Source: Anaerolineae bacterium (GTDB lineage Bacteria; Chloroflexota; Anaerolineae; S140-20). Taken from it: a DNA stretch of 64,000 nt. Of this stretch, positions 35,116 through 45,818 are shown piece after piece. Below the pieces are notes generated by a model that worked only from the letters and a program-made list of their open reading frames with translations, was not told the origin of the DNA and made no database searches. How positions within the stretch are numbered: position 1 is the stretch's first letter; each line of letters starts with the position of its first letter. The position numbers were made by a program, and so were the translations under genes. Where the stretch lies: NCBI GenBank assembly GCA_027021705.1, contig JALUTT010000170.1, forward strand, positions 2,429-66,428, read 5' to 3'.

Positions 35116-36060
35116 TCAAGGACGCCGGCGCAGGGCCAGCCGCAGCCGCACCCAGCCATCCCGCAGGCCGATGCCCGCCAAGACGAGGAGGTGGAGCCAG
35201 CGGGGGGTGGTGGCGGCGTAGTGCTTCTCGTAGAAGATGCGCATCGCCCGGTTGAACTCGATCTGAGCGCGGGCACTGCGCCGGCTGGAAGCCCGCTTCA
35301 CGTGGTGGACGATCACCTCCGGGTAGTAGTAGACCTTCCACCCCGCCTCTTTGATCCGCTTGGCCCAGTCCAGGTCCTCACCGTACATAAAGAACGCCTC
35401 ATCCAGGAGCCCCACCTGACGGATCGCCTCCCCGCGCACCAGCATACAGGCCCCGACAACGGCGTCCACCTCCGCCGTCTCGTCGGGGTCCAGGTAGGTC
35501 AGGTTGTAGCGCCCAAAACGGCGGCTGCGGGGGAAGAGCTTGCTCAGCCCCGTCATCCGCCAGAAGGAGACCTCCGGCGTGGGGAAGCTGCGCCGGCAGG
35601 CCAGGTCCAGCGAGCCATCCATCCGCAGCAGCTTGGGGCCGACGATGCCCGCCTCGGGGTGCCGGGCCATGAAGTCCAGCAGCCCCTGGAGCGCCCGAGG
35701 GGGAACGACGGTGTCCGGGTTGAGCAGGAGGGCGAAGGAAGGGGGAGGGGTGGGGGCGGGGGGCTCGCCGGGGGCGCGGAAGCCCAGGGCCCGCAGCCCC
35801 AGGTTGTTGGCGTAGGCGTAGCCGCCGTTGACGGGGGAGCGGATGAGGCGCACCTGGGGGAAGGTCTGGGCCACCATCTCGGCGCTGCCGTCCTGGGAGG
35901 CGTTGTCCACAACGCACACCTCAAAGGCGAAATCCCCCTCGCTGGCGAAGAGGGAGGCGAGGCAGTCCCGCAGCAGATCGCGGGTGTTGTAGTTGACGAT
36001 CACAACCCCCAGGTCCGACATAGCGCCCCGTATTCTAACACGGCTGGAGAGGGCGGTCAA
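35116..36060 (-). CDS. family 2 glycosyltransferase
   Basis: VIVNYNTRDLLRDCLASL N-terminus. DxD region. Confidence 0.8.
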   Translation of the reverse strand: MTALSSRVRIRGAMSDLGVVIVNYNTRDLLRDCLASLFASEGDFAFEVCVVDNASQDGSAEMVAQTFPQVRLIRSPVNGGYAYANNLGLRALGFRAPGEPPAPTPPPSFALLLNPDTVVPPRALQGLLDFMARHPEAGIVGPKLLRMDGSLDLACRRSFPTPEVSFWRMTGLSKLFPRSRRFGRYNLTYLDPDETAEVDAVVGACMLVRGEAIRQVGLLDEAFFMYGEDLDWAKRIKEAGWKVYYYPEVIVHHVKRASSRRSARAQIEFNRAMRIFYEKHYAATTPRWLHLLVLAGIGLRDGWVRLRLALRRRP

Positions 36061-36124
36061 CCACTCCCCCTTTACGCCCTCTTTACGTCAATTTTATGCC
36101 GTCCTTATGGTTTCCTTCTTCCTT

Positions 36125-37717
36125 ATGAACTACAATGCGTTTGAACGAGCCCACCGTTGGCTGTTGGACAAGACCCTATCGCAGAAGATGCTCCACCAAT
36201 TCGTTCGACAGAACCGAGCCTTGCTGCGCAAGTTGGTGACCGGCTGGCAGGCCATCGGGGCGGAGGGATTCGCCTGGTATGGACCGAAGGGGGAGAGCCT
36301 CTACGTCGCGGGTGACCTGATGCAGAAGATGCTCCTGCAGGCCACCCTAGCCGGCTTCGGTCGTCTGGTCGTCGCCTTCCCCGACGACCAGCCTCGCCTG
36401 CCGGTCCAGAAGATGCTGGAGGCCCAGGCCAGTATGCTCGAGAGCCTCCTACGCCGGGAGCGGGAGCTGGAGCAGATGACCGCTGAGTTGATGCGCTCCT
36501 ACGACCAGCTCGTCGCCATGTACAATGTTTCCCAGGTCTTTCGGAGCCGACTGGAGCCTGAGGCGGTCCTCCTCTCCCTGTTGGAGCAAGCCGTCCACCT
36601 GACAGGGGCCCGGCGCGGCTGTATCGGGCTGGACCTCGAGGGGAGTGGCGAGGTGCGAGTCCTGACCTATCCGGAGGACCCGCCCGAGGACGAATCTCTG
36701 ATCGCGCGGGTGCTCGCCTACGTGCGTCGGACGGGACGGGTCCTGCTGGCCAACGCGCCGGCCCACTACGCCGACCTGTGGCCGGCCGATCCCGCCCCTT
36801 TCCAGCGCATTGCCGTGGCCCCCATCCGGGTGACCGAGACGGTGGTCGGCTTCCTGGGCCTCTTCGACAAGCCCACCGACTTCGAGGCGGGCGACCAGAA
36901 GCTGCTCTCCGCCCTGGCCGATGAGGGGGGAGCCCTACTGGAGCGGGACCGGCTCTACCGGGAACTGGTGGCCCGGGAGCGTATGCAACGGGAGCTGGAG
37001 ATCGCTGCCCAGATCCAGACCGGCCTCCTGCCCAAGACGGTGCCCCAGGTCCCCGGAGCCGACATCGCCGGTGCTTCCTATCCGGCCACCGAGGTCGGTG
37101 GCGATTTCTACGACTTCTTCACCCTACCCGACGGGGAGGTGGGGTTGGTGCTGGGCGATGTGACCAGCAAAGGGGTGCCTGCTGCCCTCTTCATGGCCGT
37201 CACCCGTGCCCTCCTGCGGGCGGCCGCCCCGATCCACACCTCCCCCCGGGCCGCGCTGGCCTGGGTCAACGCCGACCTCTACGACGACCTGAGCGAGGCC
37301 GGGATGTTCGTCACCCTCTTCCTGGCCCGCTACCGCCCGGCAGAGCGTGAACTGGTCGCCGTCAACGCCGGTCACTCGCCCGTCATCCTCTATCAGGAGG
37401 GCGAAGCACGCCTCTGGGAGGCCGACGGCCCTCCTCTGGGTGTCCTGCCGGAACTGCTGAGTGAGGACCAGACGGTCCCTCTGGCTCCAGGAGACCTCTT
37501 GGTCCTGCTCTCCGACGGCTTCAACGAAGCCCGCAACCCGGCCGGGGAGATGTTGGGCGTTGAACCCCTGTTGGAAACGGTCGTCCTCCACGCCGGTGAG
37601 TCGGCCGCCGAGATTCAGGAAGCCCTCTTGCGACGGGTGGCCGAGCACGCTCAGGGGACGCCGGCCAGCGACGATCGAACCATCGTTGTGCTGAAAAGCG
37701 TCCGGCGCCCTGCGTAG
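36125..37717 (+). CDS. GAF-domain-containing PP2C-type (SpoIIE/RsbU-like) serine phosphatase
   Basis: Central GAF-like region. C-terminal PPM motifs GGDFYDFF and GDVTSKGVPAALFMA. Start taken at the ATG at 36125 to avoid overlapping the convergent gene end. Confidence 0.75.
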   Translation: MNYNAFERAHRWLLDKTLSQKMLHQFVRQNRALLRKLVTGWQAIGAEGFAWYGPKGESLYVAGDLMQKMLLQATLAGFGRLVVAFPDDQPRLPVQKMLEAQASMLESLLRRERELEQMTAELMRSYDQLVAMYNVSQVFRSRLEPEAVLLSLLEQAVHLTGARRGCIGLDLEGSGEVRVLTYPEDPPEDESLIARVLAYVRRTGRVLLANAPAHYADLWPADPAPFQRIAVAPIRVTETVVGFLGLFDKPTDFEAGDQKLLSALADEGGALLERDRLYRELVARERMQRELEIAAQIQTGLLPKTVPQVPGADIAGASYPATEVGGDFYDFFTLPDGEVGLVLGDVTSKGVPAALFMAVTRALLRAAAPIHTSPRAALAWVNADLYDDLSEAGMFVTLFLARYRPAERELVAVNAGHSPVILYQEGEARLWEADGPPLGVLPELLSEDQTVPLAPGDLLVLLSDGFNEARNPAGEMLGVEPLLETVVLHAGESAAEIQEALLRRVAEHAQGTPASDDRTIVVLKSVRRPA

Positions 37718-37726
37718 ATTCCCGGA

Positions 37727-37852
37727 GAGAGTAACTGTTCACCCTCCCGCAGGTTGGGCGCGTTTCCGATGAGAAACCGTGCTTCCAATAGCCCATCGGG
37801 GCTGAAAGCGCCCTCGACCGGTGACCTGCGGGAGGGTGGGCTGAATAGATAC
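37727..37852. repeat. copy 3 of MITE/REP-like element (inverted orientation)
   Basis: Reverse complement of copies 1 and 2. Intergenic between the PP2C phosphatase gene and the response regulator gene. Confidence 0.85.
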
Positions 37853-37863
37853 CGGGGGGAAAG

Positions 37864-38241
37864 GTGATGCCTTACCGAATCCTGGTCATAGACGATGAAC
37901 CCCATATGGCCCGTCTGGCCTCCTACGTGCTCCAGACGGCCGGCTACGAGGTGCTCACCGCCGAGGACGGCAGGGATGGGCTCAAGAAACTGGCTCAGTT
38001 TGAGCCCGATCTGGTGATCTGCGACATCACGATGCCGGAGATGGATGGCTTTGAAGTCGTCAGCACCTTGCGGGCCGATCCCCGCTGGCACCACCTGCCC
38101 GTGATCATGCTGACAGCCCGAGGGCAGGAGCAGGACATGCAGCGGGCCGAGGAGGTGGGGGCCAACAGCTACCTCACCAAACCCTTCAGTTCCCGCCAGC
38201 TTCTGGGCGAAGTACAGCGCTACCTCAACGGGATCGGCTGA
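37864..38241 (+). CDS. single-domain response regulator (CheY-like receiver)
   Basis: ILVIDDE, phospho-acceptor D in DLVICDITMPEMDG, and the conserved T/K positions. Confidence 0.8.
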   Translation: MMPYRILVIDDEPHMARLASYVLQTAGYEVLTAEDGRDGLKKLAQFEPDLVICDITMPEMDGFEVVSTLRADPRWHHLPVIMLTARGQEQDMQRAEEVGANSYLTKPFSSRQLLGEVQRYLNGIG

Positions 38242-38383
38242 GCGTCGCTTGGGGAGCGGCCAGGCTGTCCAGGGCGGCCCATCTGGATCGCCGACCCGGT
38301 CCGACCGCCTGCCCCTACAGCCGGGAACCGTCCAGACCGCCGTCGGTAAACGGTCCGTTTGCCTTACCTTGGAGGGGGGACCT

Positions 38384-41300
38384 ATGGGCTGGCAGTATCC
38401 GCCTCACCTTTTTCCCCTGGTCATAGCAGCCGTCACCTCAGCCTCGCTCGCCCTGCTCAGTTGGCGACGGCGTGCCGTGCCCGGTGCCTGGGCGTTCCTC
38501 GGACTGATGGGGGCCGTAGCTGGATGGTCACTGGGATATGCGCTGGAACTAGCGAGCGCCGACGAGGCAGCCAAGCTCTTCTGGGCCAAGGCCCAGTACC
38601 TGGGCATCGTCCTCGTACCAGCGGCCTGGCTGGTCTTCGCCCTTCAGTACACCGGTCGGGGCAGGGGGGTAACGCGCCGCTTCCTCGCCTTGCTGTCCAT
38701 CGAACCCCTCATCACGTTGGCGTTGGTCTGGACCAACGAAAGTCACGGGCTGATCTGGCGTGAGCTCAGGCTGATCACTTGGGGGAACTTCTCGCTGCTG
38801 GAATCCGTCCACGGGGCGGCCTTCTGGATCCACACCGCCTACTCCTACCTACTGCTCCTGCTGGGCACGATCTTGCTCTTCCGCACCTTCGTCTGCTCCC
38901 CCACCCTCTACCGCCGGCAGGCCGGGGCCATCCTTGTCGGCATGCTGGTCCCCTGGGCTCAGAACGCTCTCTACCTCTCCGGCCTGAACCCCTTCTTCCC
39001 CTATCTGGACCTCACCCCCTTCGCCTTCACCGTCACGGGCTTGGCGGTAGCCTGGGCTCTCTTCCGCTTCCGACTCTTCGACATCGTGCCGGTGGCCCGC
39101 GAGGCGGTGATCGAGAGCATGGAGGAGGGCCTGATCGTCCTAGATCGGCAGAACCGCATCGTGGACATCAACCCGGCCGCCGCCCGGGTCATCGGCTGCA
39201 CCATTTCGGAGGCGATCGGCCGGCCGGCCAATCAGGTGTTGGTCAAGGTCCGGGACCTGGTACAGCGTTACTGGGATGTGATGGAGGCCCACACCGAGAT
39301 CACGATGGAATGGGAGGGACGCTCTTGCTACTACGACCTGCGTATCTCCCCCCTGCGCGATGAGCGGGGTCGCATCACCGGACGGGTTGTGCTTCTACGG
39401 AACATCACCAAGCGCAAGCGGGCCGAGGAGGCGCTGCGGGCCCGGGAGCAGTTTCTCGCCCTCCTGAACGAGATCACCCGGGCCGCCCTGGAGATGCCCG
39501 ACCTACCCACGATGACCCAGGTCCTCGCCGACCGGCTGGGGGAGCTCTTCCACGCCGACGGCTGCTACATCACCCTCTGGGACGAAGAGCGGGAGGTCCC
39601 CATCCCGGCAGCCGCCTACGGAGAGTGGCGGGAGCGCTACCGCTCGGTGACCGTGATGCCCGATGAGACGACGGTGACCGGTTCCGTCCTGGCGGCCGGC
39701 CGCCCGTTGGTCATCGAGGATGTCTTCGACAGCCCCTACCTCAGCCGGCGCATCGCCGAGATCTTCCCCGACCGCTCGCTGTTGGCCCTCCCTCTCATCG
39801 CCCGGGAGCGGAAGCTGGGAGCGGCCCTCATCGCCTTCAACGAGATCCACCACTTCACGCCGGAGGAGATCGGCCGGGGTGAGCAGGTAGCCCAGCAGAT
39901 CGCCCTGGCCCTCGACAAGGCCCTCCTGCTAGAGGAGGTGCAGGCCCAGTGGCGTGAGGCCGAGACCCTGCGCCAAGCAGCCGCAGCCATCACCGAGACC
40001 CTGAGCTTGGACGAACGGCTAGAGCGCATCCTGGTACAACTGGAGCGGGTGGTGCCCTACGACAGCGCTTCCGTCCAACTGCTGCGGGAGGGCTTCCTGG
40101 AGATCGTGGGCGGACGGGGCTTCCCCGACCCGGAAGCGGTCATCGGTCTGAAGTTCCCCATCCCTGGGGACAATCCCAACACCATAGTCGTGCTAGAGCG
40201 CAGGCCCGTCATCCTGCGCGATGCCCGATCCGCCCATCTCCCCTTCCGTCAGCCGCCTCACGACCACATCCGCTCCTGGCTGGGCGTTCCCCTCATCGTC
40301 CACGACCAGGTGATCGGCATTCTGGCTGTGGATGGCGTGGAACCCAACCGTTTCGACGACCGAGACATCCGCCTGGTCATCCCCTTCGCCAACCAGGTGG
40401 CGGTGGCCATCGAGAACGCCCGGCTCTTCGAGGAGACCCGGCGGCTGAAGGTCTTCAACGAGAACATCGTCCAGAGCGTTGCCGAGGCCATCCTCATCGA
40501 GGACGCGCGAGGCGTGCTCACCTTCGCCAATCCGGCAGCCGAGGAGATGTTGGGATACACCCGTGAGGAGCTAATCGGCCTCCACTGGACCGCTCTCACG
40601 TCCGAGGAAGAGCGTGAGAAAGTGCGGCGGGAGAGAGCCCGGCATGCTCTGGGGGCCACAGGCCGTTATGAGACGGTCCTGGTGAACAAGGAAGGTCGGC
40701 GAATCCCTGTCATCGTCAGCGCCCGCCCCTTCTTCGAGGAGGGCCGGTTCGTCGGCGTCCTCTCCGCCCTGACCGACATCACGGAGCGCAAGCAGGCGGA
40801 GATCGAACGGGAAAAGCTCATCGAGGACCTGGATGCCTTCGCTCACACCGTCGCCCACGACCTCAAAGCTCCGCTCTCCCTCATCGTTGGCTTTGCCGAG
40901 GTCCTCTTGGAGGACTACACGGCGATGCCGGCCGAGGAGCGGGAGGAGTTCCTCAGGACCATCGTCCAGGTTGGGCGCAAGATGAGCAACATCGTGGACG
41001 AACTGCTGCTCCTGGCCAGCGTGCGCAGCGCCGAAGTGGAGATGGCGCCTCTGGATATGGCGGCCATTGTGGCCGAGGCCCAACAGCGCCTGACCTACCT
41101 GATCGCCGAGCGCCAAGCCCAGATCATCCTCCCCGAGCACTGGCCGGTGGCCTTGGGCTACGGGCCGTGGGTCGAAGAGGTTTGGGTCAACTACCTCAGC
41201 AACGCCATCAAGTACGGCGGTCAGCCGCCCCGTATCGAGTTGGGGGCGACGGTCCAGCCGGACGGCATGGTCCGGTTCTGGGTGCGCGACAACGGCCCCG

Positions 41301-41536
41301 GCCTCACGCCGGAGGAGCAGGCCCGGCTGTTCACCCCCTTCACCCGTCTCGACCAACTACGTGTCACCGGGCACGGCTTGGGGCTTTCCATCGTGCGGCG
41401 CATCGTGGAGAAGCTGGGCGGAGAGGTAGGGGTCACCAGCGAGGTTGGACAGGGGAGTACCTTCAGCTTTACGCTGGTGGGAGTTCAGGATTGTCCGGTC
41501 TCGATTGTGCCGGTGGATAGGCAGCGAGCTTGGTAG
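38384..41536 (+). CDS. sensor histidine kinase: 7TM N-terminal domain, PAS, GAF x2, PAS, HisKA, HATPase_c
   Basis: About seven TM helices at the N-terminus. H-box FAHTVAHDLKAPL. N, G1 and G2 boxes in the C-terminus. Start taken at MGWQYPP (ATG at 38384). Confidence 0.8.
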   Translation: MGWQYPPHLFPLVIAAVTSASLALLSWRRRAVPGAWAFLGLMGAVAGWSLGYALELASADEAAKLFWAKAQYLGIVLVPAAWLVFALQYTGRGRGVTRRFLALLSIEPLITLALVWTNESHGLIWRELRLITWGNFSLLESVHGAAFWIHTAYSYLLLLLGTILLFRTFVCSPTLYRRQAGAILVGMLVPWAQNALYLSGLNPFFPYLDLTPFAFTVTGLAVAWALFRFRLFDIVPVAREAVIESMEEGLIVLDRQNRIVDINPAAARVIGCTISEAIGRPANQVLVKVRDLVQRYWDVMEAHTEITMEWEGRSCYYDLRISPLRDERGRITGRVVLLRNITKRKRAEEALRAREQFLALLNEITRAALEMPDLPTMTQVLADRLGELFHADGCYITLWDEEREVPIPAAAYGEWRERYRSVTVMPDETTVTGSVLAAGRPLVIEDVFDSPYLSRRIAEIFPDRSLLALPLIARERKLGAALIAFNEIHHFTPEEIGRGEQVAQQIALALDKALLLEEVQAQWREAETLRQAAAAITETLSLDERLERILVQLERVVPYDSASVQLLREGFLEIVGGRGFPDPEAVIGLKFPIPGDNPNTIVVLERRPVILRDARSAHLPFRQPPHDHIRSWLGVPLIVHDQVIGILAVDGVEPNRFDDRDIRLVIPFANQVAVAIENARLFEETRRLKVFNENIVQSVAEAILIEDARGVLTFANPAAEEMLGYTREELIGLHWTALTSEEEREKVRRERARHALGATGRYETVLVNKEGRRIPVIVSARPFFEEGRFVGVLSALTDITERKQAEIEREKLIEDLDAFAHTVAHDLKAPLSLIVGFAEVLLEDYTAMPAEEREEFLRTIVQVGRKMSNIVDELLLLASVRSAEVEMAPLDMAAIVAEAQQRLTYLIAERQAQIILPEHWPVALGYGPWVEEVWVNYLSNAIKYGGQPPRIELGATVQPDGMVRFWVRDNGPGLTPEEQARLFTPFTRLDQLRVTGHGLGLSIVRRIVEKLGGEVGVTSEVGQGSTFSFTLVGVQDCPVSIVPVDRQRAW

Positions 41537-41549
41537 CGAGGAGGGAAAG

Positions 41550-41936
41550 ATGGCCTACATTCTCTCGATGGAAGACGAACCTCACCTCCAGCGGCTCATC
41601 CAGTACACCTTGCAGACGGCGGGGCACCGCGTCGTCGTAGCCGAAGACGGCGAGCAAGGGCTCGCCCTGGTGCGGGAGCAGCCGCCCGACCTGATCCTGC
41701 TGGACCTGCTGATGCCCAAGGTGGATGGCATAACCGTCCTGAAGGTGCTGAAGGCGGATGCCTCGACTGCCCACATCCCCATCCTCATCGTCACCGCCAG
41801 CGCCCAGCGACACGAGGCCGAGCGTGCCATCACCCTGGGGGCCGATGGCTACTTGATCAAACCCTTTCGGGTCACCGATCTGGTTGAGCAAGTTAACCAT
41901 CTGCTGATGGCCATAGGAAGGTTCAGGGAACGATGA
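41550..41936 (+). CDS. single-domain response regulator (receiver)
   Basis: MAYILSMEDEPH..., DLILLDLLMPKVDG. Good spacing after the histidine kinase gene. Confidence 0.8.
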   Translation: MAYILSMEDEPHLQRLIQYTLQTAGHRVVVAEDGEQGLALVREQPPDLILLDLLMPKVDGITVLKVLKADASTAHIPILIVTASAQRHEAERAITLGADGYLIKPFRVTDLVEQVNHLLMAIGRFRER

Positions 41937-44900
41937 CGGTCCAAGAGCGCGTCTACGCCATCGAGGACCTGACCCAGGATCTCACCCAGGAGAAGGTCCG
42001 CTGGTTGATCAACGCCCACTGGGTCGCGATTACCACGGTGGTGGTGGTCACGCTGGTAGCTGGCTGGCTGCAGACCAACCCCCAGATCTGGCTGACTGGT
42101 AGTGTCGCGGCCTTCATCGCCTATCTGGGTAACCTGCTGTTCGCCTTCGTCTACCGCCGGATACCGGAGCGCTTCCTTCCCCGCGCCATCTTCGCCATCC
42201 TGGTGCTGGATGCGACGGTGATGACGGCAGGGCTCCACTACAGCGGCGGCGTGATGAGCCCCTACGTCTACCTCTACATCCTGCCCATCCTGATGGGCGG
42301 CGTCCTCCTCTCCAGCCGGGCCGCCTGGCTGTTGGCCCTCTTGGAAGGAGGACAGATCGCCCTCCTGACGGTGATCGAGCAGTGGGGGCTCTGGTCTCCG
42401 ACCAGCACGCTGGGAGGCCATCACGTCGGCCAGAGTTCGCCGATCCAGGCAGCCGAGGCGATCTTGGCCGTCTGGGGGATGTGCGGGCTCACCGCCTTCA
42501 TCTACACCTACACAGCGAACCGGTTGCATCGTCAGGAGCACCATCTGCTGGGAGCCAACCGGGCGCTCCGAGCTCGTAGCCGGGAGCTGGAAGCGCTCAA
42601 CCAGGTCTCCGACGCCATTCGGGACAGCCTAGATCCCCACGAGGTGATGACGCGGGCCCTACAGGCTGCCCTGGGGGTCACCGGTCTGGATGCCGGCTGG
42701 TTCATCCTGGGGGATGGTCACGAGGTGTGGGAGTTGCCCGTGGCCCATGGGCTGACCGAGCAGATGCTCCAGGCGGAGCGTGACACCCCTCCCACCTCGG
42801 ACTGCATCTGCGTGCGGGCCTTCGATACCGGTCAGATCCAGCACGCCAGCGAGATGCTGGCCTGTCCCCGCCTCGCCTGGGATACCATCGCTGGCAGCGG
42901 CCTACGCCGCCACATCAGTGTCCCCCTCAAGGCCGGCGACCAGGTGCTGGGCGTCCTCAACCTGGCTTCCTCAGACCACCGGCGGGAATTCAGCCCTGAG
43001 GAACTGCGCATGCTGGAGATGATGGGCACCCAGATCGGCGCGGCTCTGACCAATGCCCGTCTCTTCCAGGAGACTCAGCATCGGGCCGAGGAACTGGAGC
43101 GCCTCTATCGGGTTGCTGTGGCGGCCAGCCGGTCCTTGGACCTAGAGACCGTTCTGGAGAGCGCGTTGGACGAGGCGCTCTCCATCCCGGTCCTCGAGAG
43201 CCGGGGAGGGATCTTCCTGCTGGATGAGGACAAGGGGGTGCTCCGACTCACTGCCCACCGGGGTCTCCCTTCCGACTTCGTTGCTGGCGAACAGGAGGTC
43301 CCCCTCGGGGAGTGCCTCTGCGGCCTGGTAGCCTTGACCAAGCAGTCTTGCATCACCAGGGGCGATGATCCCCGCCACACCCGAGTCTGCCCCTTCTCCT
43401 CCTGGAGCCACGTCAGCGTCCCCATCCTCAGCCACAACCGGCTCATCGGCGTCCTCTTCGTCCACGTCCGGCCTGGCTGCACCGTAACGGCCCAGGAGCA
43501 GCGCCTGCTGGAGACCCTTGGGCAGCAGATCGGCCTGGCTGTGGTCAACGCCCGCCTCTACGCGGCGGAGCAGGAACGGCGACGGGTTGCCGAGACGCTG
43601 CGGCAGATGGCCGGGTTGGTCAGTTCCAGCCTCGCCCTGGAGGAGGTCCTGGACCTCGCCCTCCTCGCCCTGCGTCAGATCGTCCCTTACGCCACTGCAT
43701 CCATCATGCTGCGCGAGGATGATGCGATGGTGGTGACGGCGGTGCGGGGCTTCGAGGAACCGGAAAGGGTGCTGGGACGGCGTGTCTCTCTGCAGGAAGG
43801 GACCCTCTCAGCCGACATCGTGCGCTACAAGGAGCCCATCCTCCTCGACGACGTGCGCCAGGACCCCCGCTGGCTCCCCTGGGAGGAGACGGCCCACGTC
43901 CGTGCCTGGTTGGGCGTCCCCCTCATCGTCCAGGACGAGGTGATCGGCCAGCTCTCGCTCGATGGCGATCGTCCAGGGCTGTTCCGGGAGAAACACCTGG
44001 AGGCCCTGACCATCTTCGCCCAGCAGGTGGCCAATGCCATCGAGAACGCCCGGCTCTACGAGGAGGTGCGGACGAAGGAGAAGGAACTGGCCTATCAGAT
44101 TGACCACGCCTCCGATCCCATCTTCAACCTGGATGCCGAGGGGCGGTTCACCCTCTTCAACCGGGCTGCCGAAGCCCTCTCCGGCTACTGGCGGGAGGAG
44201 ATCCTGGGGCGGCCCTACACCGACCTCTTCTGCCCCGATTACCACGATGGGGTGGCCGACCTGCTCGCCAAAACCGGCGGCGAGGGCTCCCGCCCCTACG
44301 AGGTCGAGATCCTCACCAAGGACGGGGAGCGGGTGCCGGTGGAGATCCGCCTGGCTCCCCTCTACCGGGATGGACAAGTGATCGGAGCCCAGGTCATCGC
44401 CCGGGACATCCGAGAGCGGAAGCAGTTGGAGCAGATGCGGGAAGACTTCATTGCCAGCGTCTCCCATGATCTGCGCACGCCGCTGGCCTCTATCACCGGC
44501 TTCACCGAGGTGCTGCTCTCCGAGGCTCCGGGACCCTTGACCGAGGTGCAGCAGGAGTTCCTGGACATCATCGCTGAGAGCGGTGAGCGACTGCTCAAAC
44601 TGGTCAACCAGATCCTGGATGTCTCCAAGCTGGACAGCGGACGCTTCGAACTCCACCCGGCTCCCGTGGACCTGCGGCTGATGGTGAAGAGCCTGGTAGA
44701 TCAGATCCGCCCCTTGGCGACGAAGAAGCAGATCGCCCTGGAGGTGGAGATCGCTTCGGACCTGCCCGTCATCACGGCGGACCCGGACCGGATGGAACGG
44801 GTGCTGGCGAACCTGCTCAGCAACGCCGTCAAATTCACGCCTGAGGGGGGCTCGGTGAGGGTGCGCCTGATGCGCAACGGGGAGGCGATCCGCTGTGAGG

Positions 44901-45133
44901 TTTCGGACACCGGTATCGGCATCCCTTCCGAGGACCTCCCCCATCTCTTTGAGCGCTTCCGTCGCGCCAGCAATGCCCAGAAGAGACGGGTCAAGGGGGC
45001 CGGTCTGGGGCTCTACATCAGCAAGGCCATCGTCGAGGCTCACGGGGGGGAGATCGGCGTGGAAAGCCGGCTGGGGGAGGGAACGACCTTCTGGTTCACC
45101 CTGCCCATCGGCGGGGATGGGGAAAACCGCTAG
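41933..45133 (+). CDS. sensor histidine kinase: polytopic N-terminal membrane domain, GAF x3, PAS, HisKA, HATPase_c
   Basis: H-box SVSHDLRTPL. HATPase motifs (GAGLGLYISKAIVEAHGG). Confidence 0.8.
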   Translation: MTVQERVYAIEDLTQDLTQEKVRWLINAHWVAITTVVVVTLVAGWLQTNPQIWLTGSVAAFIAYLGNLLFAFVYRRIPERFLPRAIFAILVLDATVMTAGLHYSGGVMSPYVYLYILPILMGGVLLSSRAAWLLALLEGGQIALLTVIEQWGLWSPTSTLGGHHVGQSSPIQAAEAILAVWGMCGLTAFIYTYTANRLHRQEHHLLGANRALRARSRELEALNQVSDAIRDSLDPHEVMTRALQAALGVTGLDAGWFILGDGHEVWELPVAHGLTEQMLQAERDTPPTSDCICVRAFDTGQIQHASEMLACPRLAWDTIAGSGLRRHISVPLKAGDQVLGVLNLASSDHRREFSPEELRMLEMMGTQIGAALTNARLFQETQHRAEELERLYRVAVAASRSLDLETVLESALDEALSIPVLESRGGIFLLDEDKGVLRLTAHRGLPSDFVAGEQEVPLGECLCGLVALTKQSCITRGDDPRHTRVCPFSSWSHVSVPILSHNRLIGVLFVHVRPGCTVTAQEQRLLETLGQQIGLAVVNARLYAAEQERRRVAETLRQMAGLVSSSLALEEVLDLALLALRQIVPYATASIMLREDDAMVVTAVRGFEEPERVLGRRVSLQEGTLSADIVRYKEPILLDDVRQDPRWLPWEETAHVRAWLGVPLIVQDEVIGQLSLDGDRPGLFREKHLEALTIFAQQVANAIENARLYEEVRTKEKELAYQIDHASDPIFNLDAEGRFTLFNRAAEALSGYWREEILGRPYTDLFCPDYHDGVADLLAKTGGEGSRPYEVEILTKDGERVPVEIRLAPLYRDGQVIGAQVIARDIRERKQLEQMREDFIASVSHDLRTPLASITGFTEVLLSEAPGPLTEVQQEFLDIIAESGERLLKLVNQILDVSKLDSGRFELHPAPVDLRLMVKSLVDQIRPLATKKQIALEVEIASDLPVITADPDRMERVLANLLSNAVKFTPEGGSVRVRLMRNGEAIRCEVSDTGIGIPSEDLPHLFERFRRASNAQKRRVKGAGLGLYISKAIVEAHGGEIGVESRLGEGTTFWFTLPIGGDGENR

Positions 45134-45239
45134 GGTGAAAGCTGCCCGATAGCGACTGGGGGTGATGGTTTTCCGGCGAAGCGGTGTATAATCCCATGCA
45201 AGGGATCCCTGCGCACCGATAGCCATTCGGATTGGACCT

Positions 45240-45818
45240 GTGGACGAAACGGACCTGATTGCGCGTGCTGTCCAGGGGGACGAGGAGGCCCTGGCGGCTC
45301 TCTACAACCGTCACGCCCCAGCCCTCTACCGGCTGGCCTACGGCCTCTTGGGAGATGCGGAGGATGCCGAGGAGGTGGTCCAGGACGCCCTCGCCTACGC
45401 CCTGCGCCGGCTGGACCACTACGATCCCACTCGATCCGCCTTCACGACCTGGCTGCACACCATCACCGTCAGTCGCTGTCGGAACAAGCGCCGTCGCCGC
45501 TGGTTGCCCAGCCTGCGGCTCGCCGACTGGCTGGAGAGGGGCCGAGACCTGCCTGACCCCGATGCCGACCTGGAGGCCGTGGTAGTGGCCGACGAGGAGG
45601 CCCGCCAAGTCTGGGAAGCGGTGCAGCAACTCAGCCCCGTCGTGCGGGAAGTGGTCGTCCTCCGCTACTGGGGCGGTCACACCATCCCGGAGATCGCCCG
45701 CATCGTCGGCTGCCCGCCGGCCACCGCCCAATCCCGGCTGCGGCTGGCTCACGAGCAACTGCGCCGCCACCTGCACCCCCTTTCGACCTCTTGGAGCCCA
45801 GCGGAGGAGGCGGGATGA
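45240..45818 (+). CDS. ECF-type RNA polymerase sigma factor
   Basis: Sigma-70 region 2 (DAEDAEEVVQDALAYALRRLDHYD) and region 4 HTH (HTIPEIARIVGCPPATAQSRL). Start may be a GTG. Confidence 0.8.
   Translation: MDETDLIARAVQGDEEALAALYNRHAPALYRLAYGLLGDAEDAEEVVQDALAYALRRLDHYDPTRSAFTTWLHTITVSRCRNKRRRRWLPSLRLADWLERGRDLPDPDADLEAVVVADEEARQVWEAVQQLSPVVREVVVLRYWGGHTIPEIARIVGCPPATAQSRLRLAHEQLRRHLHPLSTSWSPAEEAG

Noticed and set aside
33868-36144. 758-aa ORF antisense to the WbaP-like and GT2 genes
   Set aside because: Antisense shadow ORF in GC-rich DNA. Translation is low-complexity (G/D/P/H/Q runs), whereas the opposite strand encodes two proteins with clear family motifs.
45096-45776. 226-aa minus-strand ORF overlapping the ECF sigma factor gene
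   Set aside because: No motifs. It is antisense to a gene with clear sigma-70 region 2/4 signatures.
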